64,000 nt of DNA, from NCBI GenBank assembly GCA_965153285.1, contig OZ229115.1. One strand, given 5' to 3'. This document shows, one piece after another, positions 1-11,800 of this stretch. The stretch is from Podarcis tiliguerta. Its lineage: Eukaryota. The first letter of the stretch is position 1, and each line of letters opens with the position of its first letter. The notes under the pieces were generated by a model. That model was not told the origin of the DNA. It was given only the letters and a program-made list of their open reading frames with translations, and ran no database searches. Made by a program: the position numbers and the translations under genes.

Positions 1-203
1 GTACAGATCACATAACTGATGCGTACATGGGTAGAGGTCCAGAAGCATAAGCCACTATGCAGACATACCCACAAACAGGTGGAAGGCAGGTGTGTCAGCC
101 ATGCTCCTGCATCTTTACTTTGAGTATCTGAACAAGACTCAAGATTCCATCACGAACAATTCATCAAAAACCTTAGCATCTGCTTCTTCTGATCTTTTAA
201 CAG

Positions 204-303
204 GTTTTAGTAAACGTTTTGACCTACAACAAGAACCTGAGTGAGAGTCTTTCGCTAGGCCGGCTTCATCCTCAACTTCAGTCTAATATCCTGGAAGTTG
301 ACA
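204..303 (+). CDS. GGT7: Gamma-glutamyltransferase 7, penultimate coding exon (earlier exons lie outside the window)
   Basis: Acceptor ttttaacag| and donor |gtaagt flank 100 nt reading VLVNVLTYNKNLSESLSLGRLHPQLQSNILEVD. This matches the recalled human GGT7 segment VLLNVLTLNRNLSDSLARGRLHPDLQSNLLQVD. The phase-1 end joins the next exon in frame. Confidence 0.93.
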
Positions 304-627
304 GTAAGTATGGATCACTGATCTTTGAAGTCTGGACTTTTATTATTTCACTCCTGTGATTTCAGACACAAGTGAAACAGGGTGAGGGTTTCCCCCTGAG
401 ACATCTAAGATTACTCTGTAATTTTTCCTCATCTTGACATGGTTTGTTGAACCTCATCCTATGGTTGTCGTAAGATGGGAGAATCTTTTTGTATCTGACT
501 ACATTGCAGAAGCTGAAAAGGAAACTGTATGCCGGTACTTTGGTGAAGTGGAAGCAATGCTTCTGCACTTTTGCTTATGTTACCTGCAATATTAGTCACT
601 TTTCCTCTTCTGCAGTGTGGGCAGAAC

Positions 628-813
628 GAACCTAGGAATCTGCCTTATGCAGAGTCAGGCCATTGGTCCATCTAACTTGGAACTGACTGATAGCGGCTCT
701 CCAGGATTTCAGGCAAAAGACTCTCCCAGCCCTACTTAGATATTCCAGGGATTGAGCCTCAGACCCTCTGCAAGCAAAGCAAATGCTTTGCTGCTGAGCT
801 ATGGCCTTTCCCC
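628..813 (-). mobile_element. tRNA-derived squamate SINE (Squam2-like), diverged
   Basis: The reverse strand begins with a tRNA-like head (ggccatagctcag...gctcaatccctgg) and ends gatggaccaatggcctgactctgcataaggcagattcctaggttc. The copy at 52025-52196 is homologous. Family name is from recall. Confidence 0.7.
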
Positions 814-1210
814 TGGAAACAGGAGAGAGCTCTTCAGTCTGCTACCATGTTTTCTTGAGCATTGACTCAAGAAATTTGGGGGAGATCCAAGCTCTCTTTC
901 ATGTTTGTAAAGCACTTTGATCTGCTCTCCAACAGCAGAAAGGCAGGTAAAATTAACAGAGGAATAAGGAAAGGTATTTTCCTCCCCATCATGGCACATG
1001 GGCGCTAAATGGAGGTGGAAAAGAAAATGCGCTTCATTAGTCAGTTCTATTGCAACTGGTAAATAGGGCTGTGACTGCCCCCTCCCCCTGCAAAAACTTG
1101 ACAGGCCAGATCAGAATCATGGGCTGGTGTTTGACCACCCCTAACTGTATGGTCAAGGGAGTCAAATGCATATTTATTGTGCCATTTTCCTATTATTTAG
1201 CTTAGGTACC

Positions 1211-1645
1211 TGTAATGGTTCTAGGGGTTGCTCGTGCGTAAGTTGCCGTTACTCCTGGCTAGGTTGCCTGGTTGAACCCTTTCTGTCTGGACAGCCTCAA
1301 GTTCCGTGGCTGCCTCAGTCGCTGGCAGAATCCATCAGTGGGCGTTTCTTAAACCTCTTCCAGCATAAAAGCTGTTTGACGCCCAGTCTCCTCCCCCTTT
1401 GCCTGCGCGGAAGTTTTCTGCGCAAAGTGGGTGTGGGCAACGGAGTACTTGTGCCCTCTCCGCTGGTCTCCTGCGAAGAGTCCTGGAGCCACCTCTCCGA
1501 TTCCCCCTTCTGCCCCCCTTCTCCATTGGTGTTACGCTGATTTCCTTCCCCAGTGGATGGGCTACCTCTCCCCCTACTGGGACCCTCTCCACCATCGTCC
1601 GGGAGCCTCCTCTCTGCCTCTCGCTCCGATGGCAGTTCCCTGACA
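1211..1645. mobile_element. Solo LTR (Gypsy/ERV-type) in the last GGT7 intron
   Basis: Starts TGTAA and ends TGACA (TG...CA termini). Perfect 5-bp TSD GTACC at 1206-1210 and 1646-1650. GC- and CpG-rich relative to the flanks. Orientation not determined. Confidence 0.85.
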
Positions 1646-1908
1646 GTACCTTCCCTTATTAATACACCAAGCCCTACAACTCTTTTAAAGCACTTGTGCC
1701 TTGATCCTATAGGTAGGAAATGTGAACATGTTGACACAGATGTTCTACATACACAAGACTGCACATGATTCCTCTGCATAGGGGGGGGGGAGGGTGGATC
1801 CAGGGATCTGCCTTCCTTGTGTTCCAGTTGGCACATGGATCAGCACCTTGATGGGGACTGCTGCCAACCCTTTCAATAAAACTAATCTTTTCTAAAATTC
1901 TCCACCAG

Positions 1909-2072
1909 GTGAGTTTCCTGAAGAAGATATCAAGTACTTTACAAGCAGGGGTCAGCCGGTGAGCAAAATCGAGGTCCTTTCTCTCGTTCACGGAGCCAGA
2001 AGAACCAACAATTTCATAATTGGCGTGAAAGACCCAAGAAGTGAGGATGCAGCAGGAGCCACAATATTATAG
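1909..2072 (+). CDS. GGT7: Gamma-glutamyltransferase 7, last coding exon
   Basis: Acceptor ctccaccag|. Reads (S)EFPEEDIKYFTSRGQPVSKIEVLSLVHGARRTNNFIIGVKDPRSEDAAGATIL*, matching the recalled GGT7 C-terminus (RRTNNFIIAVKDPRSPDAAGATIL). TAG at 2070-2072. Confidence 0.95.
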
Positions 2073-2763
2073 CAACTCCCAGATGGGTTTCTTCATGAAA
2101 TAAGGCTTTTTCCAAAACACATTGTGCATGTTCCCAAACAATCCCTTTATCATTCCCCCTGAGGCGGAACAAACAGTGTTTGTTATTGGTTTCTCCATTG
2201 CTGAACAGACCCCTCTGCACTTCTATGCTAAAACCAATGCAGCAATGAAGGCTGACAAAGGCACAATACAGACCTTAGTTTTTTGTTGTTTTGTTTTGTT
2301 ATTATGAACTTGAGTTAAAAGAATCTCAGGCATTATTATAATATGAGCACAGGGAATAGGTTTAATTTCAGCAGCACCCTGTCAATGGTTGATTCCAGCC
2401 ATTTAATGCACAGAGAGATATTTCTAAACTAAGCACTGGGAACATTCAGGAAGCAAACCACTGGTTGTGTACAAATGTGCTGTTCTGAGAGCAGTGGTGG
2501 CAGGTTCCTTCCTCTGTAAATACACATACTTCTGTTTTGAGACAAGTTCTCTAAAAAGGCAAAGAAAGAATCACAGTTTCACAGGTTTGAGTCTGAATGG
2601 GATAAATGAGAAAAATCTTATTTGTGGCGGGTGCCTATTGGCTAATATATGTGACATCATTACTCTGTCTCCTTCAATCTCTGGAACAGTTCTGCAGTTT
2701 AAAATAATGTTTTCTGTCCCCCTCTCCCCCTTGTAAGGCAAGGATAAACACAGAGAGAGATAA

Positions 2764-2787
2764 GTGTGTGTGTGTGTGTGTGTGTGT
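2764..2787. repeat. (GT)n microsatellite
   Basis: gtgtgtgt... run read directly. Confidence 0.9.
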
Positions 2788-5399
2788 ACAGGCTGCTTTT
2801 TTTAAAAAAGTGGATAGGCTGCCTGACTCATTTAAAAAAGGTTAAACAGTGGCTGATCCAGCATTTCACCTTCCAATATGTATATTTGTCATGGATGTTT
2901 CAGCTTCACTGTGTGCTAGGGCCACACATACTGGACTGAGTGCTCTTGAAATGGTACCTTTGTATTCACCTGAGAAGATGAGGCAAATATATTTCTGTGT
3001 CCACTGCATTTATTTCTGATACTGTACTAGTCAACTCTGAATGGGTTAAGTTAGCCCCGGGCATTCTCAGATGTTCCCCGTGAGTCAAATGATTTGTACC
3101 AGCATACATGTTCTAATAGGATATTGACTCCTCTGCACATATTAATGAAAGATTTTATAATTCTGATTTTGCCTCTCTGCCCCAATGGTGTCCTCTTGGT
3201 GGCATCAGTGCTATGGTATCTTGCCAGTTATTTCAACATGTTGCAGGTTCCCGCTGTTGTGTTTTGACACAATACATTTATGTAGTTCAACTTTGGATCT
3301 GGATTATAATGCTATGTACATCTATACTGAGGGAAAAGCTGAGCTTCAGTTTTCTCGTGCTACTGTCCAAAGTAGCCCTACCAGCGTAATAACATTGCAA
3401 ATTTTAATGCAGAAAGAACTCAGGCAGATCCAGTGTAATCTTCTACTGAATAATTTAACTGAAATCTTGGCTTTCCATAGTGCTGCAGTTCCATTTCAGC
3501 TTATTGTTGCATTTCTTGGGCAAAACCACGGCAATCCAATCATAAAGCAAGGCCCAACATAACCAAAATAAACAAAAAGGCCACCCTTTCTCACCTAAAT
3601 GTTATGTTAACTGTAATTTTCAAATCATTAACTTTGAAAAACAACTGGCAAAACATGGGGGTGAGGAGAAGAAGATTTAGGCTCATATGAATTCATATTC
3701 ACTCTCTCTACCTTGGCCCAGTGTACTCGTTTCTTTCTTAATCTATGCTGAAAATACAGATAATAAAACTAGATCAAGACATTGCATATTACTCTCTCTC
3801 ACACACACCCCATTGTCGTTCTCAAATGTAAACTAAGAACAAAAATATCAAGACAGTTTATATTAATGCATTTTGTGGCTTGGCTGTAAATACTAATGGG
3901 GCAGAAAAAAAATTGTAAATTCTAATCTTAATCGACTTATAGCTGACTTCTTGCCAAGGTTATCTCACTTCCCTTCATAAATTCGAAGTGGAGTTTTTTT
4001 GTAAACAGATATGACCCAGCTGCTCAGCTCTTGCAAAGTTTACCCTGTTCATCTGAATTGCCAACAACATTGCCTACAAAGTGCTAAAGAGATACAAAGA
4101 AAGTGTTTCACTGAAATGCGATAGAATCCAGGACAAAAACAAAGTTCTAGGCAATAAAAAGGTACACCATCAATAGAAATGTAGTTTATGCATAACACTG
4201 AAAGTCTCCTACCCAAGTGATTCCGTTGATGTCAAGGAGGATGTACCCAAAGTTACTTTTACACATCCTCCAAATCAGTCTGTCTTAGTCTGATTTGTGA
4301 AGCAGAAGAACAACTGCTGCTTATTAAAACTAGAGGCAAATACACAAACTGACACACTCAGTTTATTATGTCAGAAATCAGTCAAGAGGACCTCACATCG
4401 GGAGCACTTTGAGATATGTACAAATATTTCAGTTCTCTGTGTAGATGATAGTGGGTACATCAGAACAACTCTCTTGATGTGAAATAGACAATCAGTGAAA
4501 GCATGGAGGCAGGGCGCATGCCACAGCAGCGCATTCTGCCCTCAGCTTCCACATGTTCAGTGGAAGGTATGCACAGGGAGCCCTACATCTCGGGAGCTGA
4601 ATTGGTGTGGGTTCTATCTGCCCGATGTGGGAACCTGGATCCCTGAGTGTGCTGACAGAGCCAATGTGTGTACAGCTGCAGGTACAGCTTCAACTAAAAA
4701 ATGTGCACATTGGTGGAGTGAACGGAATAAATGATCCCACCCACCGCCATGTATTCACTGATTGCATGAAGGCCTCTTCTGAATGGAAAGCATTCAGTTC
4801 TACACCATATAAATCACAGAAAAAACTCTGCTTCTGGCTCCATTAATAAATAAAAATTATATCAGCGTACAGAATCCTTCCATTAACTTTTGAACAACTT
4901 CCCTCCCTAACAAAATGTAATTTCACAGCACTTGACGTATTAAATGCACACCCACAAAAATATCTCCCCTATACTGATTTCACATTAAATCAGTGCATAA
5001 CTTTTATTGCTTTCCCCCATCATATTATTGTACCTATGGCTACTGTACATATTCTGTATGTATATCTGCTAATAGCTGTGCTGGTGCTCCAGATCTTATA
5101 TCCCATGAACTGGAATTGAATGAATACTGTCTTGTTCATGTGCACATTTACATGACAGAAAGCCAACTTAATACGAAGAATGACCCTTCCTAATGTTGGA
5201 GGTATAAATGAACAAACACACTGCAGAAGCCATCACTGCTCATGCTTTATGCTTGAATGTTAACTGTCCTTTGATGACCTCAATGTGGTTTACAATCATT
5301 CACTAGTTAAGGGCTCATTCACTTGTTCTGTTGTAAGTTGCTAAATGGCCTACGTGAGATTTTTGAATGTTTGTATGACAACATCAACCAAGCTGCAAG

Positions 5400-5813
5400 C
5401 AGTGGTGTAGTGTGGGTTGCCAGCGTCCGGGGCAAAGCAAGTATTGTGCCCCCTCCTCAGAAAGAGGAAAAAACCCCAGAACACATAAACACATACCCCA
5501 AGTGAAGTTCAGGAGTTGTGGTGCTTCTCCGGCAAAAGCGCATGCGGCCTTTTCTAGCCATAGTGCAGAGGGGTGACTGGAGGGTGCGGGGAGAGGAGGG
5601 GTTGGGGAGAAGCAGTGACCTGCCTCCACAAGAGGGTGCAAGAAGAGGAAATAATAAAATGAGGGGATTCCTTCCAGACCACCTTAAACACCATGAGGGC
5701 ACTGCAATTCAGCCGTTTCAAGGCCTCAGGCGAGAGAGGAGCAGAAATTTTGCACCCTAAGAATTTTGTGCATGGGGCAACAGCTCCTGTGGCACCTCCA
5801 TGCTACGCCACTG
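5400..5813. mobile_element. Non-autonomous hAT-type DNA transposon (MITE), older copy
   Basis: Termini cagtggtgtagtgtgg...ccatgctacgccactg. 8-bp TSD gctgcaag (5392-5399) / gctgcatg (5814-5821). The left end is homologous to the element at 12894. Confidence 0.8.
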
Positions 5814-8377
5814 GCTGCATGTACCATCATATGCTTACAGTCTGCCTTATGTTTCAAAGTCCAGGTCCAGTCCATGAATGAGGCAAAGTGAAGCTGCAGG
5901 GTTCACAGAGGCAGCAGATCCCAATGTCAGTCTCCCCCCTCCCCTTGTTCCTGATGTAGATCTTTCCTCACCCCTTCTTCCCTGGTGGGGAGGGCAGGTC
6001 TGCCATTTTGGGGTCCTCTTCAGGTGCTAGGATAGAGTGATTGAGATGAAGCAGTGGGGCTGTACAGAGTGAGACTCAGTCTTGGACATAGATAATGGAG
6101 TTTTCACCCGGCTACTGTCCCTGAGTGTCGTTCACTTTTCTTCAGGGAAAGGATAGGGCTCCATTTGGGAACAGCTGTCTGGTGAGGGCAAAACTGAGGG
6201 CCGAGCCTCCAATATCAGGAGAGCAAGGTTCAGTGCATCTTAGTGCATAGAGTACACAGAAACTGATTTTGTACAGATTTTTAGAGATCCCTGATATAGG
6301 GATCCTTCCTCCATATGCACTTGCCTGTCCTAATGACAAGACATTTTGTTAAATCTCTTATTAAAATGGAATGAGCAACTGGCATATTTGTTCTTCCTCA
6401 TGGGAACAGAAGTGGATTTTAGGGGGGCTAAGAAGAGAAAAATTAGAAACTTGTCCGTGAATACAAAGCCATAGAAGATTATTAATCAGAAGTTTTTCAA
6501 TGGATCCCTTAGAGCTATTTCCACATATATGTGTTAACACTTGTGTGGATTTCTGCAGCAAGTGAAGATAAGATGAACTGAAGGGATATATCCATACTTT
6601 TGCTCTGAGGAGGCAACATACTGCATACAGAGTGCACATGTACACACTGACATACACACTTACACTCACACAGAGGTTTACCATACCACTACGAAGGAGC
6701 AATCATAGGCTTAGAATGCATTTCAATTGTTTCTTGGCAAGCACAGTTTGCATTCAGGACTAAATTTGGTACCAAATGCAAGCTGAGCTGCTTTCTGCTG
6801 GGCTTGGATCTACCTGACATCCTATGACATCAGGTTGGTATCTCTGCCCACCTGTCAAATGTGGCCCATGGAGGTTTGGGCACAATCTGATCCAGCTTTC
6901 TGGCCAAACATGGTTCCCCGGGTTAACTCTCCCCTTCCCAGCTGTGACACTCACTTTCCTTCATTGAATTAGACTTGAAAGGAGCCTTCTCTTGTAGCTG
7001 TGGCACCTCCAAATGCTGTCATCACCCCTGCACCCAAATTAGGTGTGAAGACAGCCTTCTTTTCCTACAAGAGAAAGGTGATGGTGCGGGGAGGGGGAGA
7101 GAAAGCTGTGGGTGCTGAGGAAGGCCTCACTGGGTACGTGTACGCCTGTGGGTTGGTGACCCCAAGTCAAGATGAGCTCACAGAGCTGCAGCCCTATACA
7201 AGCTAGGGGTGTGCAGATGATTTAGATGAATCCTATATCTTGAACTGAAGTGGAATACTTTGACAGATTCAGGGCTTGTCTTAAGCTGACTCTTTCCAAA
7301 CTGAGATTTGGAGCCAAACTGAATCAGGCCACCTCCAAAGTGCTTTGGATCTAACTGGACAGTTTTCTTAAGTATCAGATTGGGGTTCTTCTGAATTTTT
7401 GGTAAATGCTTGTTCCTTATATACATTTACCTGGCAGTAAGGGCCACTGAATTTAATGAGGGCTTACTTCTGAGTAAGCATGCATAGGACTGCACTGTAA
7501 ATTGGAGTAGTTAGAACAAGGGTGCAAAACAAGAGACCCTCCAGATGTTCTGCTCCACTTTCCATCAGTCTCAACTAAGTTGGCCAATGGACAGGAATGA
7601 TGGGAGTTGTAAGTTCAGTAACATCTAGAAGACCACAACTTTCCCAAGTGAAGAGGGAGTATTTAATGATTCGCTCAGTGCCTGCTTAAGGGTGAAAGAA
7701 GGATTCAAAACTGAATTCATTATGGTGTGTATGCTATAGCACTGGGATTTGGCAGTTATTTAAGTTAATCAGTGCAGGGAAGGATGTGATATCATATATA
7801 AGATATAAAATAGTGAATGTTATCCTTTCAGACACTGGTCCTCAGTTGTGTGCAGTTGCTCTACTGTAGCTCTGTTCCAGCAATAGGGATCCCTTTCTAG
7901 ATCACCTATTGCAGGAGGGCACTAAAGAGCTGGCCTCTCATTTTCTAATCTGTGACTGACTGCATATTGTTTTAGTATCTTATCTTCTAAGCAAATTGTA
8001 GTGTGAAGTGTTAGATTGATCAACATATGGATTGTAAAGAGCAAAATACTCAGTGGACTCCCCCACCTATCTTCTAGGCACTGAGCAAAATGTCTGAAGC
8101 ACCACCTAAACTTACTTTGCTGCTGGGAACCAAAATGCGTAAAGTTTAATTTTACCAGAAGGTAAATTGCAAGAAGAGGGATTTTTAAAAAAACACAATG
8201 TATACTTTGAAAAACAGAGTTCATGAATACAAATTGTAAAGTTGACACGTTTACTGTATAGCATCATTTTTATTTTGAAACAAGTAACACAAAATGCATT
8301 GTTATCACAACTGTGACTTTGGTTGTACAGACAAGAAATATGTTCATGCATTTTCCCACCAATAACAAAAAGGCAGA

Positions 8378-8383
8378 AATAAA
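8378..8383 (+). terminator. Candidate distal polyadenylation signal for GGT7
   Basis: AATAAA after an AU-rich, UTR-like block (about 8100-8380), followed by U-rich sequence (ttttctttttgt). Other AATAAA candidates lie at 3762 and about 4845. Confidence 0.45.
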
Positions 8384-8877
8384 AACACTTTTCTTTTTGT
8401 ATTATACGCTCAAAGGTATTGCATCCTCTTTAGCTTTTCTCTTACTATAGCTATAGTTTTGAAACCCATTGCTCACATGATTAAGCTACTATAATTCATT
8501 GGCGTTACGTGTGTGTGATAATTTTAAAGACTAAATATGTTCTAAGGGTTCCCTCAACCATTTGGACTTGATTGGGGGAGGGTGTGTGGGGCATGTGGGG
8601 AAAGGAGAGTAAGAGTAAGATCCATTGCACAAGCTGGAATCCTTGTGCTTGTAGATCTAGGAAATTGGTGATCAGCCAGTGGGTCAGGACCCACTAGTGG
8701 GTCATGGCCTGATCCAAAGTGGGTCACAACAGGAGCACTACCACCATGCAAATATATGGTAAACGATTAAGAGATAGGTCCCCAAATGCATGTTTGGGTT
8801 GAAAGCGCATTCTGGGTCTGAAAAGATTGAAAGCAGGTCATCTCTGTAATGGGATACAACAGAATACATTCCAAATA

Positions 8878-9119
8878 CAGTGGTACCTCGGGTTACATAT
8901 GCTTCAGGTTACATATGCTTCAGGGTACAGACTCCGCTAACCCATAAATATTACCTCGGGTTAAGAATTTTGCTTCAGGATGAGAACAGAAATCGTGCAG
9001 CGGCGGCACAGCGGCAGCAGGAGGCCCCATTAGCTAAAGTGGTGCTTCAGGTTAAGAACAGTTTCAGATTAAGAACAGACCTCCAGAACGAATTAAGTAC
9101 TTAACCCGAGGTACCCCTG
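8878..9119. mobile_element. Tc1/mariner-pogo (Tigger-like) MITE
   Basis: TIRs cagtggtacctcgggtta / taacccgaggtacccctg. TA dinucleotides at 8876-8877 and 9120-9121. Internal tandem duplication of ggttacatatgcttca. Confidence 0.88.
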
Positions 9120-9755
9120 TACCTTATTTCTATGCTGTAGGTGCTGAACATGAGGGCAGGTCTTGAACTGCACCATTCAAGATACTGTAGTTCTGATTCT
9201 GTCATCAAGTTTTGCAGCTTTGCCACTCCAGTCCCAGTCATTTGGCATATAAGAACAGGAGCAAGGCTAATACTAGTAAATCACTTGGGTTGCAGTCACC
9301 ACTTTAGCATGTGAGGTAATGAGGCCTGCTTATCACCACCAAGAGCAGAGTCAATATCAAGACTGATTCCCTTTTTTATTTCAGAGTTTTCCAAATCACC
9401 ACCCACCCAAGGATATTATGTAGCATAGAAACAAGCAGGTTGAGGCCTATGCATGTCAAGGTCTGAACCATTGTATAAATATTTATTTTGTATATTCATA
9501 GCCTGTTTTTTGATCTGAAAAATCTACTAGGTGGCTCACAGTGCAGATGAGATCGGGCATGTTCAAGGTAGTATGGCCGTAGACTAGGTGGCTCACATTT
9601 GATTTAAAATCCACAACTTGGCTGGAACTGGAAATGGCTTCAGTTCCCCTGGTAGATTATCTACACTGGGAACTAGATACTGGGAGTGGGTACCTTTTGG
9701 CTCTGACCCTCTATTACAGTAGCCCATATTACATATTATAGTAACCCAAGAATTA

Positions 9756-9887
9756 CATTTTATCCTCACAACAACCCTGTGAGGTAGGTTAGGCTGAAAG
9801 ACTGGACTGAAGTCACCCAGCGCGTTTCGTGCCTGAGCAGAGACCAGGTCCTAGTCCAATACTTTAACCACTACACCACACTGGCTC
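9756..9887 (-). mobile_element. MIR-derived squamate SINE (Squam3-like) fragment
   Basis: tatcctcacaacaaccctgtgaggtagg...accactacaccacactggctc is the antisense of a MIR/CORE-like body plus tRNA head. Related copies at about 23621-23812 and 27113-27289. Confidence 0.7.
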
Positions 9888-10304
9888 ATGACTGGATCAG
9901 CCAAGGTCGGTGTAGTCCAGGATACTGGTTCCAATAGCGGCCGGTTGGAAGGAAGCAAATGATGGCTTATACAGGAAATGTTGTATAGAGGCTCATGTTT
10001 CCTTATGCTATGATTATGAGAATGGAAAAGGCTGCTGAGATGGGGATTTTATGGAAGGATAAGAAAAAAGGAGCCTGTCTCACCTTGTGCATGTTTCCTG
10101 GTGTGATTTCCGCAGAGTTCAACAGGGCTTACACCCAAGTACTGATTGCACACATTCTCCCCGTTTGCACCCACTTCCTCTACTTTTTCTGTTGCCTCCT
10201 CTATTTCAAGCAACTATATAAACAGCAAATGCCTTATGACAGGGCAAAATTGTTGTTACTCTATAATGCTTGATGCCCATAAACAATGCATGGAGCCCAT
10301 GATG

Positions 10305-10569
10305 CAGACCCTCTAAGTGTCCCTGTTTTCCAGGGACGGTCCCAGATTTACAGAAGCCATCCTGGTTTCTGATCCTGGAATGTCCTGCTTTTCCTTAGAA
10401 CGTCCCTATTTTCATTGGAGAAATGTTGGAAAGTATGGACTCGAGCCCCAAGCCAAGGAGATAAGTAGGTAATCATACCTTTAGAAAACATCTGAAGGCA
10501 GCCCTGTATAGGGAAGTTTTTTAATGTTAAATGTTTTATTATGTTTTCTATATATATTGGAAACCAACC

Positions 10570-10602
<33 letters not shown>

Positions 10603-10647
10603 GAATAAGACATCCCTATTGTCATGGGAGAAATATTGGAGGGTATG
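10305..10647. mobile_element. Non-autonomous DNA transposon with CA...TG ends and 7-bp TSD
   Basis: Termini cagaccctc...gagggtatg (inverted). Direct repeat catgatg at 10298-10304 and 10648-10654. Contains (AAT)n at about 10572-10600 and an internal copy of the right end at about 10402-10437. Confidence 0.75.
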
Positions 10648-10959
10648 CATGATGGTGCTGCATACACAACAGCAACACATGTTAAGTATGTATTGGACCA
10701 CTGCCAGACAGAGAAAGCGGTTTAATAGCCTGTGACAAAATTTCCCTCTAGGATTAATATGGGTTAGATTGGATGAACCAAGGGTGGGGGATCCTGGAAG
10801 ACAACAGCTCCGAGGGGACTGAGCCATGGATCCCCTGAAGAGAATCAGGACTGTAGCATAACTGAGGCAAGCGGAGATGGATAAAGCTCTCCTCAGCATC
10901 TTTCTTTTTTGAGGAACCTCGTTTTTTACACGGAGGCTTCCTAGCTCTCTGAGGCGGCA

Positions 10960-11800
10960 AGCAAGGAAGTTGGCTTTAAGAGCGCGCGAGAGGAGAAACA
11001 AGTCCATTTCTGAGCTGTTTTTCCGAGCCGCCGAGATTTGTAAACTTAACCGAGCTGCTCGAGAGAAGATACCACTGCCGCGCGCGCCAACCCCCCCCCC
11101 CCCATCTCCCTCCGTGAGGGAAAGGAGAAGGCGGGAGGGGGAAAAAATAGAACAGCGCGCTCCCGCCGCCGCCGCCCAAACCGGAGGCGCGTTCCCGGTC
11201 CAAGGCGACGCGCGCGCAGCCGGGCCGTCACGTGGCCTCCCTGAGGAGGAGAGGAGGAGGCGGAGCCGCGGCCGGGCTCGAGGGTCGGTGTCCTGGAGGT
11301 TCGGGCTCGCGCTGACCTCTCCCCACCCTCAGCCTCCGCCCCCCACCACCCCGCCCGCTTCTCCTTTCCCGCCAGGGCAACCGGCGGCGGCGGAAGGAGC
11401 GTGGCGGCGTTGTTGCCCGAAGCCGCTGCTTTCTTTCGGGGGCCGGGAGCGGGCGCGTTAAGCGGGAGCAGCAGCGCCACCAGGTGAACGCGCGCGACCG
11501 GATTCCGTGTGGTGTGTGCGTGCGAGGCGGGGCCGAGCGGGTGGGTTCCCGGCCGGGGGGGGGGTTGCATATGGGGGGGGCGTGAGGGCCGAGCGGAGGA
11601 GCAGTTGCCCGGCAGCCCCAGCAGGCGCGAGGGGAGAGCAGGGCCCGGCTGTGGGAGGGGCTCTGGTGACAGCCGTTGAGAGGGATGGGCCTGGTCAGGG
11701 TCGCCCGGGACGAAAGCGGGGCGGGGGGGGGGCTCCCAAGGGCCGTGCGTGGCGACCGGGGAGGCCTGGCACTACCGAGGGCGAGTGACGGACGGTGCCA
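10960..11800 (+). promoter_or_regulatory. CpG island / NCOA6 promoter region
   Basis: Very GC- and CpG-dense stretch against an AT-rich, CpG-depleted background. GC boxes (ggggcgggg, ccgccc) and E-box GTCACGTGG at 11227-11235. Lies upstream of the NCOA6 coding exons. Confidence 0.9.
11250..11483 (+). other. NCOA6: Predicted NCOA6 non-coding exon 1 (start approximate)
   Basis: Best donor inside the CpG island is CAG|GTGAAC at 11483/11484. No ATG upstream within the island. The TSS cannot be fixed from sequence alone. Confidence 0.5.

Noticed and set aside
2070-2162. GGT7 stop context TAG CAA CTC as a readthrough signal (29-aa extension)
   Set aside because: Only a partial match to CARYYA, and the extension has no recognisable motif.
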